UHGV virus genome: UHGV-0183645
DNA length: 40,597 nt
Strand: one strand, 5' to 3'
DNA from: a virus
The notes beneath the pieces are model-generated. The model did not search any database and was not told the DNA's origin. It saw only the letters and a list, made by a program, of their open reading frames with translations. Below, piece after piece: positions 8,563-16,581 of the stretch. Both the position numbers and the translations under genes were made by a program. Every line of letters starts with the position of its first letter. Within the stretch, counting starts at the first letter, position 1.

Positions 8563-8663
8563 TGTTTTAATCCCCTTTCCTTATCTCTGATTATATTTTA
8601 CGCCCAAAAGGGCGCAAAGTCAAGAGAAATTGATAAAGATTTTTGAATTTTAGAAATTATAAA

Positions 8664-8699
8664 AGCGGGTACCGGATAAACCGGGCCCGCCCTATTTTT
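8664..8699. terminator. GC-rich hairpin (GCGGGTACCGG…CCGGGCCCGC) flanked by an A-run and a T-run
   Basis: Lies downstream of the ligase gene on the minus strand. Confidence 0.45.
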
Positions 8700-9639
8700 C
8701 AATGCATTCTGCTGCTGTTTTGTCAAACCTTAATCCTTTAAATACCGGCTGCCGCATCCCTCCAGATTTGGTATGATGCATAAACTTTACAATGCATACA
8801 AGGTCTGGAGAGAGCCATACGGCCCGGTCATTGCCGTGGCCTGCCGGATATGCGATAAATGGGGCAGATGGAAGCGTGGGATGTCTGGAGATGATATCAA
8901 ACGCCTGCCCACTGACACCCATGGTAACATGTCCTTTATAGATTAATGTATTACCCCGGTACTGTCCCAGGATAATGCTGGTCATGTGGTTACTTTTTAG
9001 GATATAGCCGCATATCACAAAATCATCATCTTGCATGACCTTCATTTTTATCCAATCAGAAGTGCTTTTATCTTGAATATAGATGCTATCTTTCTTTTTA
9101 GCCACAATTCCTTCTAACTTCCGCTTCAAAGCAAAATCAAAGAGGTTTGTCCCGCAACCTTCCGTATATCTGGATATGGCCATCCTTGGGCCATCCGAAA
9201 CGACCTTGGAAAGTAAATCCTTACGTTCTGTCAACGGCTGCAGCAATGTGTCTTTATAATCGCAATACAGAATGTCGAATGCCAGGAATGTAGCCGGGTT
9301 GCGTTTGGCGTCTAACTCAATTTTAAAACGGTCAGACATCAAGCTCCTTCTTTGGATTAACGAAAAATCGGGGCGCCCATCTTTCAGTATAAATAATTCC
9401 CCGTCCAGAATGCAGCGTTTTTTAACCTGCCTGCTGATTTCTTTCAGTTCGGGTACCTTATTCAGCATCCGCACGTTCCTTTTGTTTCTCAGTTCTGGCA
9501 GTTTTCCTGGTTCCAGATATGCCACACAGCGCTCTCCATCCCATTTCAGCTCATACATATACTTGGGGTCATCGAAAGGGGCCATTTCTTTGCCGATAAG
9601 CATAGGCTTGATATTCTTACTGTCAAAAAGGTCCATCAT
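8692..9639 (-). CDS. ATP-dependent DNA ligase (LigD-type ligase domain only)
   Basis: Motif I ELKWDGER. Motifs V/VI EGIVAKKKDS…DWIKMK. Start overlaps the ku stop (ATGA). Confidence 0.85.
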   Translation of the reverse strand: MMDLFDSKNIKPMLIGKEMAPFDDPKYMYELKWDGERCVAYLEPGKLPELRNKRNVRMLNKVPELKEISRQVKKRCILDGELFILKDGRPDFSLIQRRSLMSDRFKIELDAKRNPATFLAFDILYCDYKDTLLQPLTERKDLLSKVVSDGPRMAISRYTEGCGTNLFDFALKRKLEGIVAKKKDSIYIQDKSTSDWIKMKVMQDDDFVICGYILKSNHMTSIILGQYRGNTLIYKGHVTMGVSGQAFDIISRHPTLPSAPFIAYPAGHGNDRAVWLSPDLVCIVKFMHHTKSGGMRQPVFKGLRFDKTAAECIEK

Positions 9640-10445
9640 GCCGTTGCGGCCTTTTTCCGCGGCTTACGTTTGGTCGGTGGTTTATTGTCTGATACCTGTG
9701 CAAGACTACGTTGCAAAGCATCCATGATATCAATAACATTGTCCTGATGTTCTGCTGGCGCATTAACGATTTCCTGTCCGTTTATTTTAGCTTCTATAAT
9801 CTGTCTTAGCCTTATCTGGTATTCATCATGATACAATTCTGGCTCAAACTCTTTGTCCATGGAGTTAATAAGCATTTTTGCCATATCCAGTTCTTGCTGC
9901 TGCAATTCGGGGTGCGCCGGTTCCTTTGGGATTTCCTTCACCTCATCCGCGAAAAATAGGGTTTCCACAAGCATTCCCTTTGGCGTGGGAATTAGACACA
10001 GTAGCTTTTCGGATTGCCCCATGACTGTCTTTGCTATTGCCACCTTACCCTCATCAAACATGGCCTTACGGAGTAATTCATAGGCTTTGTCTCCGCCAGC
10101 CTCTACAACTGCATGATAAGTTTTGTCAAAATAAATAGGACGTATATTTTTAATGTCTGTAAAATGCAAAATCTGTATGGTTTTATCCTTCTCGGTTTTC
10201 GCCTTCTCAAAATCTGTGTCAGTCATCGTTACATACTGACCAGGTGCAAACTCAAAGCCTTTGACAATATCTTGAGTGCCTACTTCTTTCCCACAGTTGG
10301 CACAGACTTTTTTATACTTGACTCTTGACCCATCCTCCTTGCATAATTGGTTAAAATGGATGTCATTATCCTGCGTGGCCGTGTGTAGCGCCACCGGGAT
10401 GTGTACAAGGCCAAAACTGATTGCCCCTTTATGCGCTGCTGGCAT
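9636..10445 (-). CDS. ku: Ku protein (NHEJ DNA-end-binding)
   Basis: GAISFGLVHIPVALHTAT…VKYKKVCANCG…YHDEYQ are typical of bacterial Ku (YkoV/Mt-Ku). Internal ATG 10445 with an AGAGAGGTGA RBS is preferred over the track start. Confidence 0.9.
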   Translation of the reverse strand: MPAAHKGAISFGLVHIPVALHTATQDNDIHFNQLCKEDGSRVKYKKVCANCGKEVGTQDIVKGFEFAPGQYVTMTDTDFEKAKTEKDKTIQILHFTDIKNIRPIYFDKTYHAVVEAGGDKAYELLRKAMFDEGKVAIAKTVMGQSEKLLCLIPTPKGMLVETLFFADEVKEIPKEPAHPELQQQELDMAKMLINSMDKEFEPELYHDEYQIRLRQIIEAKINGQEIVNAPAEHQDNVIDIMDALQRSLAQVSDNKPPTKRKPRKKAATA

Positions 10446-10498
10446 ATAATCACCTCTCTCTTTTTTAGGTGTAGTATGTCCAGTTAAGTTAATATATA

Positions 10499-10768
10499 TC
10501 ACATAGCCATTGATGATGAGTTACTGACAGTCATAGTCCAAAATCCCAGTAGCGCATAATAATTTAGACCAATCTCATGGCGTTGATTTTTACATGATAC
10601 AGTACAACGGTATTGGGCATATTCGCGGTATTTGTCCGGTTTTTTCGTGCAGATATAGTTTTCGATTTTATAGCATGGCGCATCTTTATCGAGTGAGAGC
10701 TTAAGCCATAGGGGTTGAGTATCTCCGTCAGTATTAAAAGATGCGATAACATAGACACGTTTTGTCAT
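10499..10768 (-). CDS. hypothetical protein (89 aa), first gene of the ku-ligase operon
   Basis: ATG with an AAGGAGTGAG RBS. Immediately downstream of the LexA-box promoter. Confidence 0.5.
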   Translation of the reverse strand: MTKRVYVIASFNTDGDTQPLWLKLSLDKDAPCYKIENYICTKKPDKYREYAQYRCTVSCKNQRHEIGLNYYALLGFWTMTVSNSSSMAM

Positions 10769-10790
10769 TTACACTCACTCCTTTAGTTTC

Positions 10791-10820
10791 ATTATACGAA
10801 CATATGTTCTTTTTGTAAAG
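10791..10820 (-). promoter_or_regulatory. sigma70 promoter (-35 TTTACA / 17 nt / -10 TATAAT, minus strand) with LexA/Cheo box CGAACATATGTTCT (10797..10810) filling the spacer
   Basis: Seen directly. The box matches the Gram-positive SOS-box consensus CGAAC-N4-GTTCG at 13 of 14 positions. Confidence 0.6.
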
Positions 10821-10907
10821 GGGTGAAATCTTACCATTTTATCGACCTTACCAATTCAGATGTTGTGGGGTATAATATGGCTATCTATTAATTCTAGGAG
10901 GTATTCT

Positions 10908-11096
10908 ATGATTCAAGACACTTTCGTTATTTATAGTTCACGTAGAGCAGCAGCAGACATGTTTGAGGCCATTAATCTTATTCCAGAGCAAATGAATTTT
11001 CATGGCCTATATTATGTGGACGAAGAGACAGCGGCTGCCAACCTGGAGATGGCAGCCTTACACGCTATATTGATGACGGGGTATGAAATTATGTAG
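10908..11096 (+). CDS. hypothetical small protein (62 aa)
   Basis: ATG 10908 after a TAGGAGGT RBS. Upstream -35 TTACCA / 17 nt / -10 TATAAT. Confidence 0.4.
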   Translation: MIQDTFVIYSSRRAAADMFEAINLIPEQMNFHGLYYVDEETAAANLEMAALHAILMTGYEIM

Positions 11097-11265
11097 TGAT
11101 AATGCATTTCCCGCAGTCCTTCACAACGCCGCATATTAATGCATCTTCTTTTACATAACAGTATCCCCCACACTTACAGGTGCATTTCCAGATTCTTTGG
11201 TCTTTGCTTTTCCAGGACCATTTTGTCGTGAGACTTCCAAACGTCATTTCTGGTATTACTTTCAT
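11089..11265 (-). CDS. small zinc-ribbon protein (58 aa), truncated paralogue of the N-terminus of 15631..16287
   Basis: GGAAGGAG RBS before ATG 11265. FGSLT…RIWKCTCKCGG…CG.VKDCGKC parallels FGRLTV…RWVCKCSCGKE…SCGCL. Confidence 0.4.
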   Translation of the reverse strand: MKVIPEMTFGSLTTKWSWKSKDQRIWKCTCKCGGYCYVKEDALICGVVKDCGKCIITT

Positions 11266-11367
11266 ATGTATCAGCTCCTTCCAGTTTATTATATCATTGC
11301 GTTTATTTTCCACAACTGGTATATATTTCCAGTGGTATTTTGGGTCTAAAGTGGTATATTCGTATTT

Positions 11368-11652
11368 ATGAAGATACTGCTGAAAGAAATAAGAAAAGAA
11401 AGGAATTTATCCCTTCGGCAGATGGAAATAATAACTGGGGTATCGAAATCTGCACTAAGCCGAATTGAGAAAGGCGAGGTGGCATTGGATTTAGATGTCG
11501 CTGAAATGATTGCCGAAGGATTACATATAGGGATTGATGATTTGTACGAATCGGCAGTAAAACATAATAAGTGTCCCGATATCGGGACAAAACAGGGGAA
11601 TAATAAGAGAGGACCGTTATCCAAGTATAAGGAGGGTACGGGACATGGATGA
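11368..11652 (+). CDS. XRE-family HTH transcriptional regulator (94 aa), probably leaderless
   Basis: LSLRQMEIITGVSKSALSRIEKGE is an HTH_XRE. No RBS. Extended -10 TGgTATATT ends 7 nt before the ATG. Confidence 0.65.
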   Translation: MKILLKEIRKERNLSLRQMEIITGVSKSALSRIEKGEVALDLDVAEMIAEGLHIGIDDLYESAVKHNKCPDIGTKQGNNKRGPLSKYKEGTGHG

Positions 11653-11815
11653 TTGTACAAAAGAAAGATTTGCAACATTGATTATGGAAGTTATGGAGCT
11701 GGACGAAGAGGAATATGAATGTTACAAGCGCATAATGAAAATCAAGAATGACGTTCTTGTGCAGAATTTTTTTAACTACACAGACTATGTACGTATTCAA
11801 AAGAGGGGCCGCTGA
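11646..11815 (+). CDS. hypothetical small protein (56 aa)
   Basis: ATG after an AAGGAGGG RBS. Ends inside the terminator stem. Confidence 0.3.
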
Positions 11816-11829
11816 GCCCCTCTTTTTTG
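11802..11829 (+). terminator. Rho-independent terminator AGAGGGGC-cgctga-GCCCCTCT plus TTTTTTGC
   Basis: Perfect 8-bp GC stem followed by a T6 tract. Confidence 0.7.
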
Positions 11830-11867
11830 CAAATATAGACATGTTTTAACGCTAATATGTTTGTTGA

Positions 11868-12122
11868 AAACAGTAGTTAAATTGAGTTCGTTAGTAACAC
11901 ATTAATAACAAATCAATCATAGATTCCTTTATTTACTGGGTTTTTCGGCTGTGCTGGATTAAGAAAATCTTAAAATTGCGCCGAGAGTCAAAAACATTGA
12001 TAATTCGACATTTATCTTAGAACCCGCATAAAACAAGGAAATATTCAATATTGAGTAGTTATATTAAACAATGTGTTGTGTTGAGCAATTTCTTGCAGGT
12101 TAGTAACAAATTAATAACAGAT
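11868..12122. repeat. putative attP region: ~25-bp imperfect direct repeats GTTAGTAACA(c/a)ATTAATAACA(a/g)AT flanking a ~200-bp AT-rich segment at the 3' end of int
   Basis: Repeats seen at 11869..11893 and 12095..12119. Location is immediately downstream of the integrase gene. Confidence 0.35.
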
Positions 12123-13289
12123 TTTTATTTTGCAAATTTCGTTCATCAGGTCCTCGAGGTCTCTATGACCATATTTTTTATTTGTTATATCTTGTCCGAA
12201 GGAATGTCCAAGCATTCTTATTCGGTCATTCTCATTAACTTCATAGTGTTCGCACAATTTTGAAAATGTATGCCTGCAATCATGAGGAGTATGTTTGGTC
12301 ATTCCCAGTTCCTGTAACTTGGTATACATGCTAGCCCGGAACTTGTTTGCACTGTCCAATAAGTACCCATCTCTGTCTAATCGGCATTTCACTAGGGACA
12401 GTATACCGGGATGTATTGGGACAATACGATTTTTGCTTGTCCTTGTTTTTACACCACCCTGAAAATAGTTTTCATCAAGATTCACCGTTAGTGATTCATA
12501 GGCGACTATCCTAAATCCACTGTAGCACATAATCAGAATAAATTCTACTGTTGGGTCATCTTTATTATCCCATAGGATTTTTAAATCAGATTCTTCAAAA
12601 GGTACACCCTGCTCGTCATCATCTTCGATATTGATTTTTACTTTATCAGAATAATCTTTTTCACACAGACCCTGCATATCAGCATAAGCATACATTTGGT
12701 GATATAGATTTATAACATGCTCCAAACTGGCATATTTTAGTTCACAAGCATCTACGACAGCTTGCAAATCCTTGTGACGCAACTCCTTGAATATTTTATC
12801 ATGAAGAACGGAGCAATTCTTAAATGCTGCTTGGGAGGCATACATGGTACTCTTGGAGTATTTCTTTTTCTTTGTATTTCCGTCTTTGTCAGTATATTTC
12901 CAATCATAAAATTGTTCGTATACATCTTTGAAGGTCGGGTCAACATTGGGGGAGTTTGTTTCCTTACCAGACACAATATTACATACCTGGTTGTAATCAG
13001 CCAGGAGTTTCTTGACCAATTTGCCTAAATCCTTATCATCTTCACCGACCTCTGGTTTTGGCGGATACACACCCGGTACATATGTACCTGCCTTATATGC
13101 CGTTAAAATAGAAAAGCCATAATACCAGTCATCCACGTAGGCAAGTGCTGGTCTCGTGACAGCCTTACCATCTTCGTCAAATTCTTCTGCAGGTGGATAT
13201 ACGCCGAATGGATTGCTACGGTTGGCCCCCAAGAATCGTATGGAACCGTAACCATTGGGGAGCTTGGGATACTTCCTTCTTTTTGCCAT
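12111..13289 (-). CDS. int: tyrosine integrase
   Basis: C-terminal HDCRHTF and KKYGHRDLEDL supply the R-H-R-Y catalytic residues. N-terminal MAKRRKYPKLPNGYGSIRF is typical of Firmicutes phage integrases. AGGATGGTGA RBS. Confidence 0.9.
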   Translation of the reverse strand: MAKRRKYPKLPNGYGSIRFLGANRSNPFGVYPPAEEFDEDGKAVTRPALAYVDDWYYGFSILTAYKAGTYVPGVYPPKPEVGEDDKDLGKLVKKLLADYNQVCNIVSGKETNSPNVDPTFKDVYEQFYDWKYTDKDGNTKKKKYSKSTMYASQAAFKNCSVLHDKIFKELRHKDLQAVVDACELKYASLEHVINLYHQMYAYADMQGLCEKDYSDKVKINIEDDDEQGVPFEESDLKILWDNKDDPTVEFILIMCYSGFRIVAYESLTVNLDENYFQGGVKTRTSKNRIVPIHPGILSLVKCRLDRDGYLLDSANKFRASMYTKLQELGMTKHTPHDCRHTFSKLCEHYEVNENDRIRMLGHSFGQDITNKKYGHRDLEDLMNEICKIKICY

Positions 13290-13448
13290 TGAAAATCACC
13301 ATCCTATTTTTGAGTAAAATAAATACACCCATTGACCGGGGGTGCTTTTAAATGGTATAATATGGCTGATAAGGCGATATTATGGCCTGGAGCAATCCGG
13401 TCAATAGTATTATGTGAAAAGCTTCTGTGCTACCAACACAGGGGCTTT

Positions 13449-13613
13449 TTACTTTTGCTTATTTTCTTTATCGTATTCATCATAGATTTGCTTGACTCCC
13501 TCATAAAGGTCTTGCATTTTCTCATCTGGGACCTCATCTAAAAGCTCAATAATATGCTTTTTCATATCTTCTAATTTTAGGTTTGCAAACTCCTTTTCTG
13601 ATAAATGTTTCAT
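13449..13613 (-). CDS. hypothetical small acidic protein (54 aa)
   Basis: GGAGGAGG RBS 7 nt before the ATG. Missed by the ORF track (under 60 aa). Lies between the ImmA-like gene and int. Confidence 0.45.
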   Translation of the reverse strand: MKHLSEKEFANLKLEDMKKHIIELLDEVPDEKMQDLYEGVKQIYDEYDKENKQK

Positions 13614-13630
13614 ACTTATTCCTCCTCCAT

Positions 13631-14062
13631 TTATTGTAATTTTAAATTAAGTAACTCTATTGGATAACCCGTGCAATCGCAGAACTGTTCTTTTGTAAAC
13701 CCATCATACTCATGCAACAAATTGTCTGTAATAAGCAAACATGCAGCAAATAGATTGGCCTGCCGCTCTATCCTTGATGTAAGTAACAATGTATGTGCTC
13801 CCATAAAAGTACAGTTCTCCTTTGAATGGAACACAGCATGACCAAGTTCATGAGCAATTACAACGCGCAGGAAGGCATCATCATCAATACAAGAGTTTAC
13901 ATAAATGCAACGATTGTGTTTCATATATTTGTAAAATCCTGCAATTTTTCCAAGTGGGACAAAGAATACCTTTACTTTCAGACATTTAGCCAACTCTAAG
14001 GGGTCATTAGTTCCGAATTTTCTTGTTAGATATGTAATCTTCTTCCGTATTCTCTCGTTCAA
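13631..14062 (-). CDS. ImmA/IrrE-family metallopeptidase (anti-repressor protease)
   Basis: HEXXH motif IAHELGHAVFH. Downstream partner of the CI-like repressor. TTG start with a GAAGGTGA RBS. Confidence 0.8.
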   Translation of the reverse strand: MNERIRKKITYLTRKFGTNDPLELAKCLKVKVFFVPLGKIAGFYKYMKHNRCIYVNSCIDDDAFLRVVIAHELGHAVFHSKENCTFMGAHTLLLTSRIERQANLFAACLLITDNLLHEYDGFTKEQFCDCTGYPIELLNLKLQ

Positions 14063-14093
14063 TTAATCACCTTCTTTGAGACAGACAATACGG

Positions 14094-14522
14094 CTATTTT
14101 TTTTTGTTCTTGTTCGGATTGTATTTTACCTTATTCTCTCGTTTTAATTGTGTTAAACCAAGCTCCAATGCCTTGCGGAGCAGTTCCAAGGATTCATCAT
14201 CAATTGGCTCTCCGTTATAATAAAGAGGGCCGTCAACATTATTTTCAATCTCTCCCATAATTCTGTCAAGGTCGCGGCCTATTTCACGCTCATCCTTAGG
14301 TGTAAGGCTGGTTTCTTTTATTATTTCGTCATTTTCACCTGTTAATAGATAAGATAGAGGGACTCCAAAATAGTCAGCTATTTTTTGAAGTTTTTCTTGC
14401 TTGAAGTTCCACCTACCTTGTTTCCATCCAGAAAATGAAGCTGTGGAAATTCCTGTTGCTTTGGCTACTTGGTAAGTAGTCACGCCGTATTTTTGTAACA
14501 ATTTTTCAAAATACTCGTACAT
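14094..14522 (-). CDS. CI-like phage repressor, XRE-family HTH
   Basis: N-terminal YQVAKATGISTASFSGWKQGR is an HTH. AAAGGAAAA RBS. Classic ImmR/ImmA pair. Confidence 0.8.
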   Translation of the reverse strand: MYEYFEKLLQKYGVTTYQVAKATGISTASFSGWKQGRWNFKQEKLQKIADYFGVPLSYLLTGENDEIIKETSLTPKDEREIGRDLDRIMGEIENNVDGPLYYNGEPIDDESLELLRKALELGLTQLKRENKVKYNPNKNKKK

Positions 14523-14544
14523 GATAGTTTTCCTTTCTAAAAAT

Positions 14545-14700
14545 AACTATGAAAACTAAAACAAGTACTTGACAAGCTATGAAAACTAATATATACTAAA
14601 AACATCTTAGTAATCATAGCTAAGTAGAACTTGCCTATGTTTTGTTTGATAATTTAGCTCGCAACTTAATTATATAAGAAAACATAGCTAGTGTCAATAT
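14545..14700. promoter_or_regulatory. lysis-lysogeny switch region with two convergent promoters and repeated operator-like sites
   Basis: Rightward promoter: -35 TTGACA 14569..14574, -10 TATACT 14592..14597. Leftward consensus promoter on the minus strand: -10 TATAAT at 14669..14674, -35 TTGACA at 14693..14698. Operator-like repeats: CTATGAAAACTAA at 14547 and 14577; CATAGCTA at 14615 and 14683. Confidence 0.5.
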
Positions 14701-14727
14701 TAAATTTTATAGAAGGGGGGTGAAAAG

Positions 14728-14937
14728 GTGTATATAAAGTATGCAGCATTAAGAGACAAAAAGGGTATTACAGATTATAGGGTTTCTAAAGAGACTGGAA
14801 TATCTACATCCACTTTATCAAATTGGAAACAAGGGAATTATGAACCGAAGCTTGAAAAACTTTTAGTTTTGGCAAAGTATTTTGGAGTATCAGTTGAATA
14901 TTTTGCAAATGATGCATCCGATGGGAAAGGAGAGTGA
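14728..14937 (+). CDS. Cro-like XRE-family HTH regulator
   Basis: GTG start after GAAGGGGGGTGA. KKGITDYRVSKETGISTSTLSNWKQG is an HTH. Confidence 0.7.
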   Translation: MYIKYAALRDKKGITDYRVSKETGISTSTLSNWKQGNYEPKLEKLLVLAKYFGVSVEYFANDASDGKGE

Positions 14938-15190
14938 GGGTGTGAAAGAGATTTTTAATGCAAAGGAAGCAGCTTATTATATAGGTTGCAGCGCTCAGAA
15001 AGTCCGTGAGCGTATGAAGCGCAAGCTTTGGGACCTGGGTGAAGTAATTCCCAAGAGCAAGTTGGGGAACAAAGAGAAGTGTGAGTATAACATCTATCGG
15101 TACAAACTGGAAAAGCATATAGGACGGAAACTGGAGGAGGTGGATACCAATGAGCCTAGCAGACATCAGATACATGCCCCTAACTACTGA
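14921..15190 (+). CDS. putative DNA-binding early protein (HTH-like AAYYIGCSAQKVRERMKR)
   Basis: Alternative GTG start at 14939 with an AGGAG RBS. Follows cro. Confidence 0.4.
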   Translation: MGKESEGVKEIFNAKEAAYYIGCSAQKVRERMKRKLWDLGEVIPKSKLGNKEKCEYNIYRYKLEKHIGRKLEEVDTNEPSRHQIHAPNY

Positions 15191-15386
15191 CCCGTCCCGC
15201 CAGCGCCGTGACATTATACCGGAGCTTACCCAGGCCAGCATATGGCTGGAGGGTGGGTTACATGAGGCACGTAGGGGCCGAAAGGATGCGGAGCGGATGA
15301 TAGTGGCCCTAACGGTCATGCTTGCAGTGACAGTTACGCTCCTGGTCCTTACCTGGGCCGGGTACATACCTATAGGAAGGTGGTGA
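15150..15386 (+). CDS. small membrane protein (C-terminal TM helix)
   Basis: GGAGGAGGTGG RBS. C-terminal MIVALTVMLAVTVTLLVLTWAGYI. Confidence 0.45.
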   Translation: MSLADIRYMPLTTDPSRQRRDIIPELTQASIWLEGGLHEARRGRKDAERMIVALTVMLAVTVTLLVLTWAGYIPIGRW

Positions 15387-15391
15387 GCACA

Positions 15392-15604
15392 GTGAGGATA
15401 TTAATACCTGGAAGCAAGCTGAACTCCCAGGAACAGCTTGAGATGGCAAAATATCTGGTCAAGGCTGGATATGCTGTCAGTATCACCAAAGGAAAAAGCC
15501 AGAATGGTAAGGCTGTTTCCTATATTAATTATAACATAGTGGAGGTGCAGGATGAGCAGACGCAGAAACGGGACAAACCGTGCGGCAGCAGCCCTGGGGA
15601 TTAA
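15392..15604 (+). CDS. hypothetical protein
   Basis: GTG start after an AGGAAGGTGGTGA RBS. Confidence 0.4.
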   Translation: MRILIPGSKLNSQEQLEMAKYLVKAGYAVSITKGKSQNGKAVSYINYNIVEVQDEQTQKRDKPCGSSPGD

Positions 15605-15630
15605 CAAATACAAGATAGGAGTGAGTAAGA

Positions 15631-16287
15631 GTGGGGTTATCGTTAGCAGACCAAAGAATAATAGAATCTATGATTGGAAGTACGTTTGGGAGATTGACAG
15701 TGATAAAAAGGGCGCCAAATTATAAAGCTGGTGCAACCAGATGGGTATGTAAGTGCTCTTGTGGTAAGGAAATAATAACCTATGGGTCAAACTTACGGAC
15801 GGGCAAAACTAAAAGCTGTGGTTGTCTGGCCATAGATACCAGGAAGAAAACACCATACAAGCACGGAATGGCTAACAGTAGGCTATATAACATCTGGCAT
15901 GGAATAAAAAACAGGTGTGAACTTGAAAGTAGTACAGGATACAGGTTGTACGGTGCGAGAGGCATTCATATTTGCGAGGAATGGAAGTCTGAGTTTACAA
16001 ATTTTTATGATTGGGCAATTTCGCATGGATATACAGATTCCTTGGAGTTGGACAGGATTGACAATGATAAAGGATACTCGCCAGATAATTGTCGGTGGGT
16101 AACCCATAAGGAAAACTGTAACAACAGAAGAAATAGTAAAAATAGGCTTACTGGTAGAATGATGTCTGAAAGCAACGGAAAGGCAAGAAAAAGGCCGAGG
16201 GAGGTGCGAACTCCAGTCGGCCAGATAAAAAATAACTCTACGGATAATATAGCACAGGACCGGGAGGAAATGCAAGATGGAAGATAA
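15631..16287 (+). CDS. HNH endonuclease-family protein with N-terminal zinc ribbon
   Basis: FGRLTV…RWVCKCSCGKE…SCGCL then NIWHGIKNRC…LDRIDNDKGYSPDNCRWVTHKEN, the common phage HNH family. Confidence 0.65.
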   Translation: MGLSLADQRIIESMIGSTFGRLTVIKRAPNYKAGATRWVCKCSCGKEIITYGSNLRTGKTKSCGCLAIDTRKKTPYKHGMANSRLYNIWHGIKNRCELESSTGYRLYGARGIHICEEWKSEFTNFYDWAISHGYTDSLELDRIDNDKGYSPDNCRWVTHKENCNNRRNSKNRLTGRMMSESNGKARKRPREVRTPVGQIKNNSTDNIAQDREEMQDGR

Positions 16288-16432
16288 AAGTTATTTCGAA
16301 CTTTGGACTTTGTTTAAGGTACAGACGGCCAAGAAGGCAACAGAGGCCGCAAGTACGGAAATCCAGGAGCATTATAATCAGGTGCTACAGGATATGGCAA
16401 TTCTTGAAGGTGAGGTGCTATTGGAAAGATGA
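16277..16432 (+). CDS. hypothetical small protein (51 aa)
   Basis: GGGAGGAA RBS. Overlaps neighbours by ATGA-type junctions. Confidence 0.3.
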   Translation: MEDKSYFELWTLFKVQTAKKATEAASTEIQEHYNQVLQDMAILEGEVLLER

Positions 16433-16581
16433 AACGGGTAGTGATTGACCGAGCCGAATTAATGGGACGGATTGTTGGGATTGAATCTGGATGCCTTGAC
16501 AGCAAAGACCGTATGCTAATCAATGAAATCAAGAAAGTGATTCTATCACTCCCAGCAAAGGAGGTGCATGATGGAAAAGCT
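16429..16581 (+). CDS. hypothetical small protein (50 aa)
   Basis: ATG overlaps the previous stop. Typical packed early-gene arrangement. Confidence 0.3.

Noticed and set aside
13332-13541. 69-aa plus-strand ORF between int and the ImmA-like gene
   Set aside because: The region is better explained by a 54-aa minus-strand gene (13449..13613) with a GGAGGAGG RBS, co-oriented with the immunity operon.
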